64,000 nucleotides of DNA from Felis catus (lineage: Eukaryota): assembly GCF_018350175.1 (NCBI RefSeq), contig NC_058383.1, positions 10,168,001-10,232,000 on the forward strand, written 5' to 3'. Every line of letters starts with the position of its first letter. Positions within the stretch are counted from its first letter, which is position 1. The notes beneath the pieces are model-generated. The model did no database searches and was not told where the DNA came from. It saw nothing but the letters and a program-made list of their open reading frames with translations. Positions 36,579 to 55,489 of the stretch are shown piece by piece. Position numbers and translations under genes: made by a program.

Positions 36579-39500
36579 GTCGCTCTCTCTGCCCCTATTC
36601 CCCTGCTAGCTTGCATGTGCTCCCCCACTCCTTCAAATTAAAAAAAAAAAAAAAGGAAAAGAAAGGAGAGATTAGTTAGGTTGTTGAAGCAAGCTGGAGG
36701 TGGTGATGAGTGCTGACCAGGAGAATGGTAGAGGAAGGTAAAACCTGGGAGAGGCAGTTGGACAGGCAAGTGGGGTTTGGGCTTCCATTCATGTGTGTAC
36801 ACAGCAGTGAAGGGGGAAACACCTGAGTGGAGTACATAATAGTTGCTTGAGCATTTTAAATCTGGGGATGGTGAAGACACAGGTACAGTTAAAGGAACCG
36901 ATTGAAGAGGAGAAAAAGTGAATGAGTGCCTTTGTGTACATACTATAAAGGGGTTTTCCCTTGATTAGAGGAAGGGAATGAAGGGGTAGGTGGCAGAGAG
37001 CCTTGACACACTGAGTAATTTTAAATTTGAGATGCATGGAGAAACAAGGTTGAGAAAATACTGGTTTAGATTGGCTACAAGGAAGCTGATGCCAACCTTC
37101 TTTCTACTCTCCTTCATCCGGTATTATAGAATGGTCACCTGGAGTGGATCTGCACAGGCCCAGAAAGAGAGTTATAGGCAGGAGGGTTTCACCTGGGGCT
37201 CAAGGATTGTGTGTGGTGTTAGAGTCTTGAAGAGGCTGGAGAGAGCATTGCATGTTGGTACTTGTCCTGACTGGGGTCCTTTCCTTTCTCAGCATTTCTG
37301 CTGTCCAGTGGCTCTGTAATGCAAATAAGAAGTCTGACATCCCTGCCAAGCGCCTATACTGCTTTTTTTCTTCTCTTTACTCTGTGCTGGTGAGTATGAG
37401 ATCGTCTCCAGTCTGGGCTGGCCGCTTCTCCCTTCTACAGGCAGTAACGGAGTAGGAAGTTTCCCAGGGGAAAGCCATTCAAATGGTACTGCATGGGGTG
37501 GCAGGACCTTATCATGGTTCTCCTGTCTTGGCCTAAAGAGAGAGCTTGGTGGTCTGACGCTCCCTAATGAAATGGCAGAAGATGGTGGTGTCTGAGACTG
37601 ATCACAGTTCCTGTGTCTGGCTGCACTAAATTTTAATCGGAAGTTGGTGTGGGGGCACGGATTCCATGGAGTGAGGACAGAGACCTCATGTCCAGGGCAT
37701 GCAGAGTGCTTACATCCTGTGACTCCCACCCTCCCTCTCCCCTACTGCTGATGCTCAGATGGGGTGCAGGAGGGTTATTTATCACAGACAGAGCCTTCAA
37801 TAGCTTTTTATTTTTGTAACTGATGGTGTTGATTTCAGTTGTTTAATAGGATCAATTGATAGTTTGAGATTTTAAGTCCTAAAAATGAGTTCTTTTCCTT
37901 TTTGGAACAGGCCAGGTATATCTGGGTTCTTCTTTTTTAAATTTTTTTTTTTTTCAACATTTATTTATTTTTGGGACAGAGAGAGACAGAGCATGAACGG
38001 GGGAGGGGCAGAGAGAGAGGGAGACAGAATCGGAACCAGGCTCCAGGCTCTGAGCCATCAGCCCAGAGCCCGACGCGGGGCTCGAACTCACGGACCGTGA
38101 GATCGTGACCTGGCTGAAGTCGGACGCTTAACCGACTGCGCCACCCAGGCGCCCCATATCTGGGTTCTTCTTAATCACCTCGCTTCATCCCTGGTTTTTC
38201 TAGAATGGGTTGTTTCTTGTGGATGGCTGGCTGTCCTTGTGTGTTATGTGGTTTCTGTTGCACACACACACACTGGGGTTAATCTGAGGTTCTAACGGCC
38301 TTTGTGTTTGCCTTTCTGTGGAAATGGTTTTCCCTTCTATGTTCAGCCAGCTCCCCGTTACAGTCAGGATTCTGCCCAAGTGTTCCTCAGAGAGAGGCCT
38401 TCCTTGAGCCAAAAGTAAACCCAATAGTCTCCTGTCACTTACCATTCCTTTGTCCTGATTTGGTTTTCTTCTTGGCACTAAGTCACCACCATGTATTAGC
38501 TGCCTTTCTCACTGCAACGGGCCTTCAAGAGTTCAGGCGCTCTCTCTCGTTCACGGCTACATCCCCAGCCCTGAGAACAGGGTCACGTGCACAGTGGGAT
38601 TTCAGATATTTAGTGAACGAGGAAGAGAGAAGCGTTGGGCCCTGAGCCCATGGTATGTTTGTAGGAGAGTGATGTTTCTGTTGCTTATAGGTCCGTGGAG
38701 CCCGGGCTGTCCTGCAGCTGTATCCTGAGAACTCTGAGCAGGTGAGCGCCTTGGCTACTGGAGGTGCAGGGGAGGGGGAGAGACCCAGAACAGGTAAGCT
38801 GTCCTGTGCCTCCCTCACCTGCCCTCTTGCTGTTGGGAGGTGACGGAACAAGGAAATTGTTGCTGACTGGTGGGAAAAGTAGGGAGTGAGTACCTGAGGG
38901 AGAGGTTTCTGCGGGGTAGGATAGGACCTGTGTGTTTTCTCGGCTGATCTGTGGTATTACAATTATGAGGATGTGTCTGGTTTCTGTAACCAAATGAATG
39001 GCAGTGGGGGGAGGATTTGATACGATGGCAACAGCTGTCTGTTCTGTGGCGGGTCACGCCATGGGGATGAGGAGATACAGGTGCGGACCCTGATAGACCA
39101 GTGGTGAGCTGTCCCCGGCCCCTAACTTGAAGGAGTTTGTTTCCTGAATGGTGGCCTTTCATTCCTGAGATGGGAGCAGGGAGACGGGTCCCTGGGCTAG
39201 AAAAGTGAGAACCAGGGGAGTTGCTGTTCCAGCCTGCACTTTCCTGTGTATACGCCTTTTGGGGACTCAGAATTGGGAACAGTTTGATGAAGACCTTCAG
39301 CTCTCCTGGGTAGGGTCCACCCTGGGGGGCAAACTGGCTTCTCGAAAGGAGTGGAGCGGAAGCTGTCTGCTCCCCCAGTCTCCCTGCCTGACTCGCTGCC
39401 GTTTTCTTCTCAGTTGGAGTTGATCACGATCCAGGCCACCAAGGCTGGCTTCACTGGTGGCGTGGTGGTGGATTTCCCCAACAGCGCCAAGGCAAAGAAG

Positions 39501-42500
39501 TGAGTGCTGGGGGCTAGTGTATTGTCCGCGTTGAGCGGAGAGGGTGTTGGGGTGATGAGTGGGCCAGAGGAGTGCTCGGCTGGGTCACCGGGGCTTACAC
39601 ATTCTGCGCCTGTTCCTGGGAAGGAGTGTGGAGACTTGTACCTGTGCGTGGCTTTATGAGCCCAGCCCTCACTCTGTACTTTTCTGCTTTCAGGTTCTAC
39701 CTCTGTTTGTTTTCTGGGCCTTCGACCTTTCTGCCAAAGGTGAGGGATCCAGAGTTTGCAGGCTCGTGTCCTTTAGATTCCCTTCTTGTGGGGCTGGGCC
39801 TGGTACCTGTTGGAAGGACTCAGGGCTGGGTGGCCTGACCTTCTGGGGTGGGGCAGGTGGGTTGAGAGATCTCCAGGTTGATCTAAGAGCACGCTGGTCC
39901 CCGCAGGCCCTGACCGAAACTACTGATGAAGAGGAGGCCACGGAGTCTGCGTTCACGAGTGAGAGGTAAGCAGTTGTCACCCCTGCCTGGAGTGCAGGGG
40001 CTGGCTTCTGCTGGGGTCGTCCTACGTGGCTCTCTGCCTGCACCAGGTCTCTGAGGTTCAAGTGTGGCAGTGACACCAGGGTGGTAACAGTGGGGAACCC
40101 TGTGGGCCTGTGCCCGCTCCTGCCTCAGGCTGGGCAGCAGGGGCCCTTCTGGATGTCTGTGGACAGCCACGCAACCATCTTTCATTCCTCTCTCTGCCTT
40201 CCCTATTGCCAGGACTGCCGGGTTGTCTCCTCCCTCCCCGAGGCTGCCTCCGCCACCTGCATCCTGGCCTCTGTCCCCTCTTGGCTCTCCCTCCCCGCTC
40301 CTGTGTCCTCATGTTTACTCTCCTGGGTCATTCCCTCAGTTTGCAGAGACCCTGTTTCTTCTGTCTTCTCCCTAAGGGCCCTAACTCCCCCCGCTGCGCC
40401 CCCTCGTGCATGGGCTTCCCTCTGGGTCACATCTCATGTGTGCCTCTTGCTCCACCACACCATTCTCTCACTCCTCTCTGCTCCCACCTCCGTCTCCTCA
40501 TGGATTGCTTTTCTCAAGGCCACGCCAGCCTCTGTCTTGCCAAATCTGTGGCTGCTTCTCAGTCTGCTTTCTCTCTTGTCCTCCTCTTAACCTGCCTGTT
40601 CCTCGGGCACTGACGACAGCCAGCCACTCCCTCGATGCTTTTCCCAGTTCGGCCTCCTGCCTGCCGTCCTGGTTCTGTCCTCAGCTTGCTGGCTGTTCTT
40701 TCTCCGAGCACTCTGGGGCCCAGCCCGGACCCTTTCTCTCTCTGCTGCCTTAATCACCAACTCCAGGTTTGTTGCTTTGGGTTTATGCCTATGGTCTCAA
40801 CCTCACCTCCGTTTTCCTAACTGCCTCCAAAGTATCCGTACCTAGGCTTCCCACAAGTATTGGGAACAAAACCCAGCTCTTGTTTTTCACACCAAGACTG
40901 CCTTCCTCTGTCCTTCCCCACACAGTCATTCTTGTCTTTCTTACCTCACATCTGACCAGTCCTCTGTGTCTGTCCGGGTGACAGCCGGTCCCCTCCCCTG
41001 GTCTGAACCCCCACCGTCCTTGCCTGGAGTGTGGAAGTTGCGGCACTGGCCTCCTTCCACTTTGCCTCTTTGAATTGATTTTCTGCACAGCAGCAAGGTG
41101 AATTCTTTCTTTTTCCTTTAATTTTTGAGAAAGGGAAATCACACGTTGCCATTTATCTGTTCCAGTATCCTTGGTGAGTTCTCCTTACTCTTTATTTTCC
41201 TTACCACCTTTCACTGTTCTCAATCCTGTGTGTTTGTTTGCTTGCTGGCTCCCCAGCCAGAAGGGGGACTTGGGCTCTGCTGGTGTGTCCCTGATCCCAG
41301 AGTAGGGTCTTATTGTTAGTGAAAGGTTTCCGGTGTTTGCTGACTGGATAATTGATGGTAAGGCAGTGAAGGAGGTTATTTCTTAGTTCTGGTTGATGTG
41401 AGTGAGAAGCCTGAAGACTTTTAAGACGTTTAAGGGGAAAAATGCGCAGAGAATAGGTCAGGAAGGCCACAGGTGGTGAAGATCACAAGTGTGTTCCTTG
41501 TGTCCACTACAGAGTGGAGCCCCCTGACCTCCCCACGGTCATCTCTGTTAGCTTCCTCAGCCCGTGTTCCCCGTGGGGATTTGCGGGCCGGTGGGGGGGG
41601 GAGGGGCTCTCCTAGATGTTTTCTGCTCTAAGGCGCCCACCACTTGCTCCCAGCGAGTGGCGCCCTCTCCCACCTCACAGAGGATGTGCACGTGGTTCAT
41701 CCCCCTCCACCCACCATAGAATCCCTCTTGTCCTCACACTGGGGTCTACAGACGACATGTGCTAACTGTAAACTTAGGTAAGCGTCCGTTTCTTGGCTGT
41801 TCAGCGAGGGGATAATGCCAGCACCCGGGCAGCGTGTGGAGGAGCAGAGCGCGTGTGTGTGGGCAGACCCGGCACAGTGCCCGGCACGGGCCTGTCTCCC
41901 TGGCTCTGTGGGCACTCGCTCTGTGGGTCCTCGGCTCGGGGGGCGGGGGGGCAGGGGGCTGTTGTCCTTTGGGAGGATGATCTGGCCTTCTCGTGTTCTT
42001 GTCATTTTGTCTAATCATTCTTTTTTTTTTTTTTTTTTAACATTTTATTTATTTTTGAGACAGGGAAAGACAGAGCATGAACAGGGGAGGGTCAGAGAGA
42101 GGGAGACACAGAATCTGAAACAGGCTCCAGGCTCCGAGCTGTCAGCACAGAGCCTGACGCGGGGCTCGAACTCACGGACCGCGAGATCATGACCTGAGCC
42201 GAAGTCGGCCGCTTAACCGACTGAGCCACCCAGGCGCCCCTTTGTCTAATCATTCTTGTCAGTCTCTGACTTTCTCTGATGACTTGGTCCACCTGTGGCA
42301 TTTGCCACTACTGCCCAACTTCCTTCTTGGCACCTTTGGTCTGGGGCCCTCGCTCACTGCCCCCATCTGCTGCTCGTATCTGCCCCCATGACTCTTTCCC
42401 ATCATTACTTCTGTGGCTCCCAGCTTGCCACCCAGCTTGTCCTTCCTTACAGACCCTTGATCATTAGTCCTGTACTTCCAGCCCCCTGTTGGCAGCTGCC

Positions 42501-44572
42501 TCCTGCTTTGCACTTGGTGCCTCAGACTCCTGCCCCCTGGTTGTGGGCATTCTTAATGTTTCTTTCATGCACCACTGCCTGTACGTGCTGAAGTGTCTAG
42601 ATCACATTGTCTCATTTCTTTGTTGTGAGACCTCATTGGCCGCCCACTGCTTACTGAAGGGAGAGCACACTCCTTGCCTGTATTCACACCTCCATGAACT
42701 GGCCCAGCCAAGTGAGATTGAGACTTTTTTCTTTTTAAAATTTTTTCATGTGTTTTTACTCAGTTTTGAGAGAAAGCATGAACAGTGGAGGGGCACAGAG
42801 AGAGGGGGACAAAGGATCCAAAGCAGGCTCTGCACTGACAGCAGCCAGCCTAATGTGGGGCTCAAACTCACAAACCGCAAGATGATGACCTGAGCTGAAG
42901 TCAGACACTGAAGCGACTGAGCCACCTAGGCGCCCTTAACTTTCTATTTTAGAGGAAGGGAGAGGGGCAGAGGGGAGAGAGAGATTCTTAAGCAGGATTC
43001 ATGCTGAGTTCAGAGCCTGACACGGAGCTTGATCCCACGAACCACGAGATCATGACTTGAACCAAAATCAAGTCAGATGCTCAACCGACCGAGCCCCTGA
43101 GTTTTTTTCGTTTTTAATGATTCTGACTTTTATTCTTAGGTCAGAACAGATGAGAAGTAGCTGCAAACATGGTCTGTGCTGGAATCCGGCCTGCACTGGC
43201 CCTCATGCCAGGAGGGAACTTGTGCTTTGGACCCTCAGGATCTCACTTGGACCCCTCCCCTTCTCTTGCCTGGCACACGGGACTCTTGTTCCCTAACTCT
43301 CCCTCGGTCCTTTCAGTGCCGCACCCTTGCGTGGTTCTTCTGGTCTTGCTGCCGCCCCACCTTCGGCCTGCAGAAACGCCCGCTTATCTCAGCAGCCTTC
43401 TTGTTTTTCGCAGACTCTGCTTTTCCTTTCCGTGTCATTCCCTCGGTAGCTGCTGGGTCTCTGCACTCCCTTTGCCTGGTGTGGCTGGTCCCTGCCCTGG
43501 CCCAGTTGTGGGCTCTTCAAGGGCAAGCCTGGTTCGTATCTGCCGTAGGACATCCATGGGTCCGGCGCTCAGGTGCTCAGGAAATGGTTGTTACTCAAAT
43601 GGCGAGCGGCCCTCCGTGGCAGGAATTATGCTGGAAATCGTTTGAGCCCAGCTGCCAGGTGGGGATGTGGTTTAGGGACAAAAGGCTTCTCCCTGTTCCC
43701 AGGGCCTCTCTCCCATGGGGCTGTGAGGGGTCCCTTTTCTCCTCAGCCAGGGCTGGAGGCCAACATCAGTGCTTGAGGATCCTTGTCGCGGCTGCCGTGA
43801 GCTGACAGCCTTGTTTTCCTGCCTCAGACATCTGTCGTTGCTGGGAACCCCCACTTGGTCTATGCCAGGCACGCCGACCCCGCAGCCGGACCAGGGTCCG
43901 AAGTCGGCAGCACTGGGCATCGGGCCTCTGGCTGTCCTTGGCAGTGCCAGGCTCTCGAGGGCTGACCCTGGCCCGTGTTGCCCTAAAAGTAGCTCGGCCC
44001 CCTGCCTGCCCGACAGGCAGCACCTAACAAGGGAACACACCTGAACAGGTGGTTACTGCCCCAAAGATGCCCGTGAGGGAGTGGGGCCTCTCACCTCCCG
44101 CTCGTCTACCAGACAACCGCTTTGGCCCCAGGGGATATCACTGGGGGAGGAGAGGTGTCCAGAAGCAGGGACTTCTGTGGCAGGGGCATCGGAGGCCGCC
44201 TGCCTCGGGGAGGACCACTATTTTTCCCTGCGTGGACTAGCTTGAGTGCCACGTGGGTTCCACCCGTGCCCTCAGAGCTGTGTTTCCCGCATAGGATCCA
44301 GCGCAGGATGGCGAGGCGCGGGGTGGTGAGGAAGAGCCGTGAGTGGGTGCTGGAGAAGAAGGAGCGCCGCAGGCGGCAGGGCAAGTGAGTACCTGGGCTG
44401 GGGATGGGGGGAGGGCGTGGTCTGTGGCCACCAAGGGATCGCCTGCACTTGAAAGCCTCCCTGAGGTAGGTCCTTTGTTCTTTTTTCTGAGACCGCCCCC
44501 TTGTCTCCTTGCCACAGGGAGGTCAGACCCGACACCCAGTACACCGGCCGCAAGCGCAAGCCCCGCTTCTAA
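32745..44572 (+). CDS. BUD23: BUD23 (WBSCR22) 18S rRNA m7G methyltransferase, 12 coding exons, 281 aa
   Basis: Exons total 846 bp. [26 protein letters not shown]...LLDIGCGSGLSG (SAM-binding motif I)...[11 protein letters not shown]...[15 protein letters not shown]. All introns GT-AG. Confidence 0.97.
32890..32927 (+). CDS. BUD23: BUD23 exon 2
   Basis: cgcag|TTTTAC...CGCAA|gtaagg; 38 bp. Confidence 0.93.
34213..34308 (+). CDS. BUD23: BUD23 exon 3
   Basis: cccag|CTCACGG...ATTGG|gtgaga; 96 bp. Confidence 0.93.
34401..34483 (+). CDS. BUD23: BUD23 exon 4
   Basis: tccag|ATGTGG...CTGG|gtaagt; 83 bp. Confidence 0.93.
34582..34678 (+). CDS. BUD23: BUD23 exon 5
   Basis: tgtag|ATGCGG...ATCAG|gtaaga; 97 bp. 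Confidence 0.93.
35590..36660. mobile_element. Three Can-SINEs in BUD23 intron 5 (35590-35803 -, 36112-36292 -, 36418-36660 +)
   Basis: SINE heads/tails. Confidence 0.85.
37293..37389 (+). CDS. BUD23: BUD23 exon 6
   Basis: ctcag|CATTTC...GTGCTG|gtgagt; 97 bp. Confidence 0.93.
37935..38155 (-). mobile_element. Young SINEC_Fc with 17-bp TSD atatctgggttcttctt
   Basis: TSD at 37918-37934 and 38156-38172. Confidence 0.9.
38691..38741 (+). CDS. BUD23: BUD23 exon 7
   Basis: tatag|GTCCGT...GAGCAG|gtgagc; 51 bp. Confidence 0.93.
39414..39499 (+). CDS. BUD23: BUD23 exon 8
   Basis: ctcag|TTGGAG...AAGAA|gtgagt; 86 bp. Confidence 0.93.
39694..39739 (+). CDS. BUD23: BUD23 exon 9
   Basis: ttcag|GTTCTAC...CCAAAG|gtgagg; 46 bp. 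Confidence 0.93.
39907..39965 (+). CDS. BUD23: BUD23 exon 10
   Basis: cgcag|GCCCTG...GAGAG|gtaagc; 59 bp. Confidence 0.92.
42022..42240 (-). mobile_element. SINEC_Fc with 16-bp TSD tttgtctaatcattct
   Basis: TSD at 42006-42021 and 42241-42256. Confidence 0.9.
42725..43100 (-). mobile_element. Two tandem Can-SINEs in BUD23 intron 10
   Basis: Reverse SINE bodies 42725-42935 and 42945-43098. Confidence 0.8.
44295..44384 (+). CDS. BUD23: BUD23 exon 11
   Basis: catag|GATCCAG...GGCAA|gtgagt; 90 bp. Confidence 0.92.
44518..44572 (+). CDS. BUD23: BUD23 exon 12 (coding part)
   Basis: cacag|GGAGGTC...CGCTTC TAA; 55 bp. Confidence 0.93.
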
Positions 44573-44751
44573 GCCGTTGGCTCCACGTAACCGGGCAGCT
44601 CGGGCCTGCACAGTTGCAAGCGGGCAGTTTTCTCTGTCGAAGTGCCTACTTGCATCCGCTGACAAAACATCGTTTTAGAAATGTTTTCAAGTTCTAACCG
44701 TTTTTCTTTACTAACAAAAGTTCTAAAAGCATCTTATTTTGTTCTAAAAGC

Positions 44752-44757
44752 AATAAA
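44752..44757 (+). terminator. BUD23: BUD23 poly(A) signal AATAAA
   Basis: 180 bp after the stop, followed by T/GT-rich sequence. Confidence 0.8.
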
Positions 44758-45507
44758 CCACTTTTTGTGGAACTGTGGCTCTGGCATTTTCTAGCTCTGG
44801 GATCCTGAACAAATCTCGAGTTTCTCCGAGTACTTGACTCCCCTGATCCAAAAGAGGCTCGAAGAACTTGAGTGTATGAAAAGCACCCTATTTTAACCTA
44901 CAAGGAACACAGGTAGATTGAATTTTGGTCTGTTTATTCCAGCACTAGGCAAATTTGGGAAAAATGGGTGGGGTCAAAGTATCGGTGGGACCCACTGTTC
45001 TGAGGCCACCGCCCAGCCTCTGGTTGTCCCCCAGTCTGAAGGCGGCATCCAGCCAGGGCCTGGGCTGACCTTTGGCCCTGAGCTACACCAACTGCTGATT
45101 GGCCCGCACTTGGTTGCCTTTGGGTGTGTCTCCTGTCCGATTACTAGTGGTCAGGAGAGCAGGCAAGCCTGCCCTGGGGTGCGGGGGAGGGGGGGACTGT
45201 AGCAGCAGGCTAAGCAAGTGGGGATCCAGGTCTCATTTGTGGCTACTGGGAAAGCAGAAGGAGGGGTAGATCTGAGCCCTCAGCACAGAAGGGGCGGGGC
45301 ATCAGGCTTTAAGCAGGAGTAGAAACGTTCAGGCTGGGGTGGAGGGGCCAGAGGATCTGGAGGTTGAAGGCCGAGGTGGGAGGCGGGATCCTCTGCCTCT
45401 GAACCCCTTCTTCCGGTTAGTGCTGGGCACATTTACCCCCAAGTTCTAAGGCTGTGACCTCATGACAGTAAGAAACCTAGGGCAGAGACACGGTACAGAT
45501 ACAAATG

Positions 45508-45513
45508 TTTATT
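45508..45513 (-). terminator. STX1A: STX1A poly(A) signal AATAAA (second candidate 44933-44938)
   Basis: TTTATT on plus ~1.3 kb past the STX1A stop, with GT-rich sequence downstream on minus. Confidence 0.75.
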
Positions 45514-46849
45514 CTACATAAAAATTTCACAAAAGGGGCAGCTGGTTGTACCAAGACCTTTGGTGAAGGGGTGGAGGAAGGGAAGTTGCTGTTAAAGAAG
45601 GCAGCACGGACAGTGGTCACAGTCACTGGGCAGGAGCAGAGCTGAGGGAAGGCGGGGCACGGATGCGGCCCCATCCCCTACTGCATGCACTCGCATGCAC
45701 ACTCCCTGCCTGTCAACGAGGAAGAGGGGGGCTTGGGTGGGGGCACGTTTCTGACTTGAGAAGCCCCGAGATGGGGAGGAGGGAGGTACTCCTCCCTGGC
45801 TGGCTGCTGAATACTGCATCCTAGACACCAGACACCCACGTGGCACATCACTGGGGAACAGCAAGGGCAGGACGCGATTGCAGGCCTGAAGGGACACCTG
45901 ACTTCCCAGAGCACGAGAGCAGGAACCACTGTCCCAAACATGCAACACAATGGCTTGAGGACCTGACTGAGGCCTGCCGGGGAGAGTGGCTGGCCCAGGG
46001 TGCAGGCTTCAGCTTATGGCAGAGAACTGACGGGCCCGATCTGCCTCCCTGGCTGGAAGGGTGGCTGGAAACCAGGCACCGGACAGTCTCTTGTGGAATG
46101 TTACCTGGGGCCAGGCACAGCCCAAAGGGGTTGCTCCTGGGGTTGCAGGATTGCGGGAAGGGAGGATGAGGCAGCCAAGACCCGCTGGACTCTGCCCCTA
46201 GGCAGGGGAGGGAGCCTGGTCTCGACACAGCCAGAAGCCACCTGGCCACAGCACCCTGAGCCTCCCTGGCAGTGATCAGCTGTTAGAGGCTTAGAGCTGG
46301 GCTGTCTCTCAGGGCCACCCCTCCCCTAACCTGAAAAGCAGCACCATGTGGCCAGCTGGTCCCCACCCCTCAGGGGGCTCGGCTTAGGGGGACAGCTGGA
46401 GAGGACAGAGGTCAGGGCAGATGGGCCAGTCAGGAGGAGGCAAGGTTGGGGTCCAGAGCGAGCCTCGGTCCCAGGAGAGGGCAGACCCCAGGCTGGAGTG
46501 GAATTCGTGAAGGCAGGGGAAGGGGGAGGGGGGAATATGGCTACCCTGGGTGGCACTACCTGGGAAGGGTGAGGCGGCCTGGGCCAGGGCCTGAGTCTGT
46601 GCCTTGCTGACCTGCCCCACCCCACTGGCTGTTTCCCAGCCCGGCTCCCCGCTGGCTCCCCGTACAGACACACACACACGGTCACAGAGATCATGCACAC
46701 GACGGCTCGGGGTGGGGACGGAGGGCCCTGCGGCAGAGAAAGGAGCAGTACGGGGCGGGGAGGAAGGGGCTCCGAGCCAGAAGGCAGCAGCAGCCAAGGG
46801 GCCTCCTGAGGGCAGACCATCCCGAGCGGGGTGGCGGGTGGGGTGGTTT

Positions 46850-54611
<7,762 letters not shown>

Positions 54612-55264
54612 CTGCACAGGGGTGTGGACACATGAGCGGACCTGTGGTGGGCCCACTGGGGCCCGCTGGACCTGGGGCCACAAACTGCCCCGCATCTATA
54701 CTCAGCAGCTCAGCTCCAGGGCCCTGACCACCGCCCTCCGTCATCTTGGCAGGGACGAGGTCCGGCTGTGCCCTCGGCTCCCGGCCACAGTGAGGCCTGG
54801 AGGACCCCGGGGGACCCAGCATAAGGAGAGAGGCCTGGCCTGTCGAATTGGTGACCGGACCGGGTCTCCACCTCTAGGCCGGGGATTCCTTCCTTTACCC
54901 AGCTGCCTGCCCCTTCCCCACAGGACTGGGGTCCTCCCAGTAGGCCCCTCACCCTAGGGCACTGCTGGGAAGGCTGGGTCCCCTGGCCAGTGGCCCCAAC
55001 TCACAGACCTGGCCTGAGACAGGCTGCCTGGAAGCCATTCTTCTCTCCTTTCTGGGCCTGAAGGTTTTAATTAAGACGGGGCCCAAAGTTCCCAAGTTCC
55101 CTTTCTTAGGGGCACCCGGGAAGGGGAGGCCCAGGTGCCAACAACACCTGCCTCTAAAAAGGTAGGATGACTCAGAAAGAGGCCGTCCCACAGCCCCTCA
55201 GGCAGGCCTGAGACACACTGCCTGCACGGGGCTCTGTGAACTCTGTTCTCTCCTTGTCATTCTT

Positions 55265-55489
55265 TTTTTTCCTTTTAATTAAAAAAAATTTTTTTTTAAT
55301 GTTTATTGATTTTTGAGAGAGAGGGAGAGTGCCAGCGGAGGAGGGACAGAGGGAAAGGGAGATAGAGGGTCCAAAGTGGGCTCCACACTGATAGCAGAGA
55401 GACTGGCACGGAGCTCGAACCCATGAACTGTGAGATCGTGACCTGAGCTGAAGTTAGACGCTTAACCGACTGAGCCACCCCGGCGCCCC
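55265..55489 (-). mobile_element. Can-SINE with TSD cttgtcattctt
   Basis: TSD at ~55253-55264 and ~55494-55505. Confidence 0.85.
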
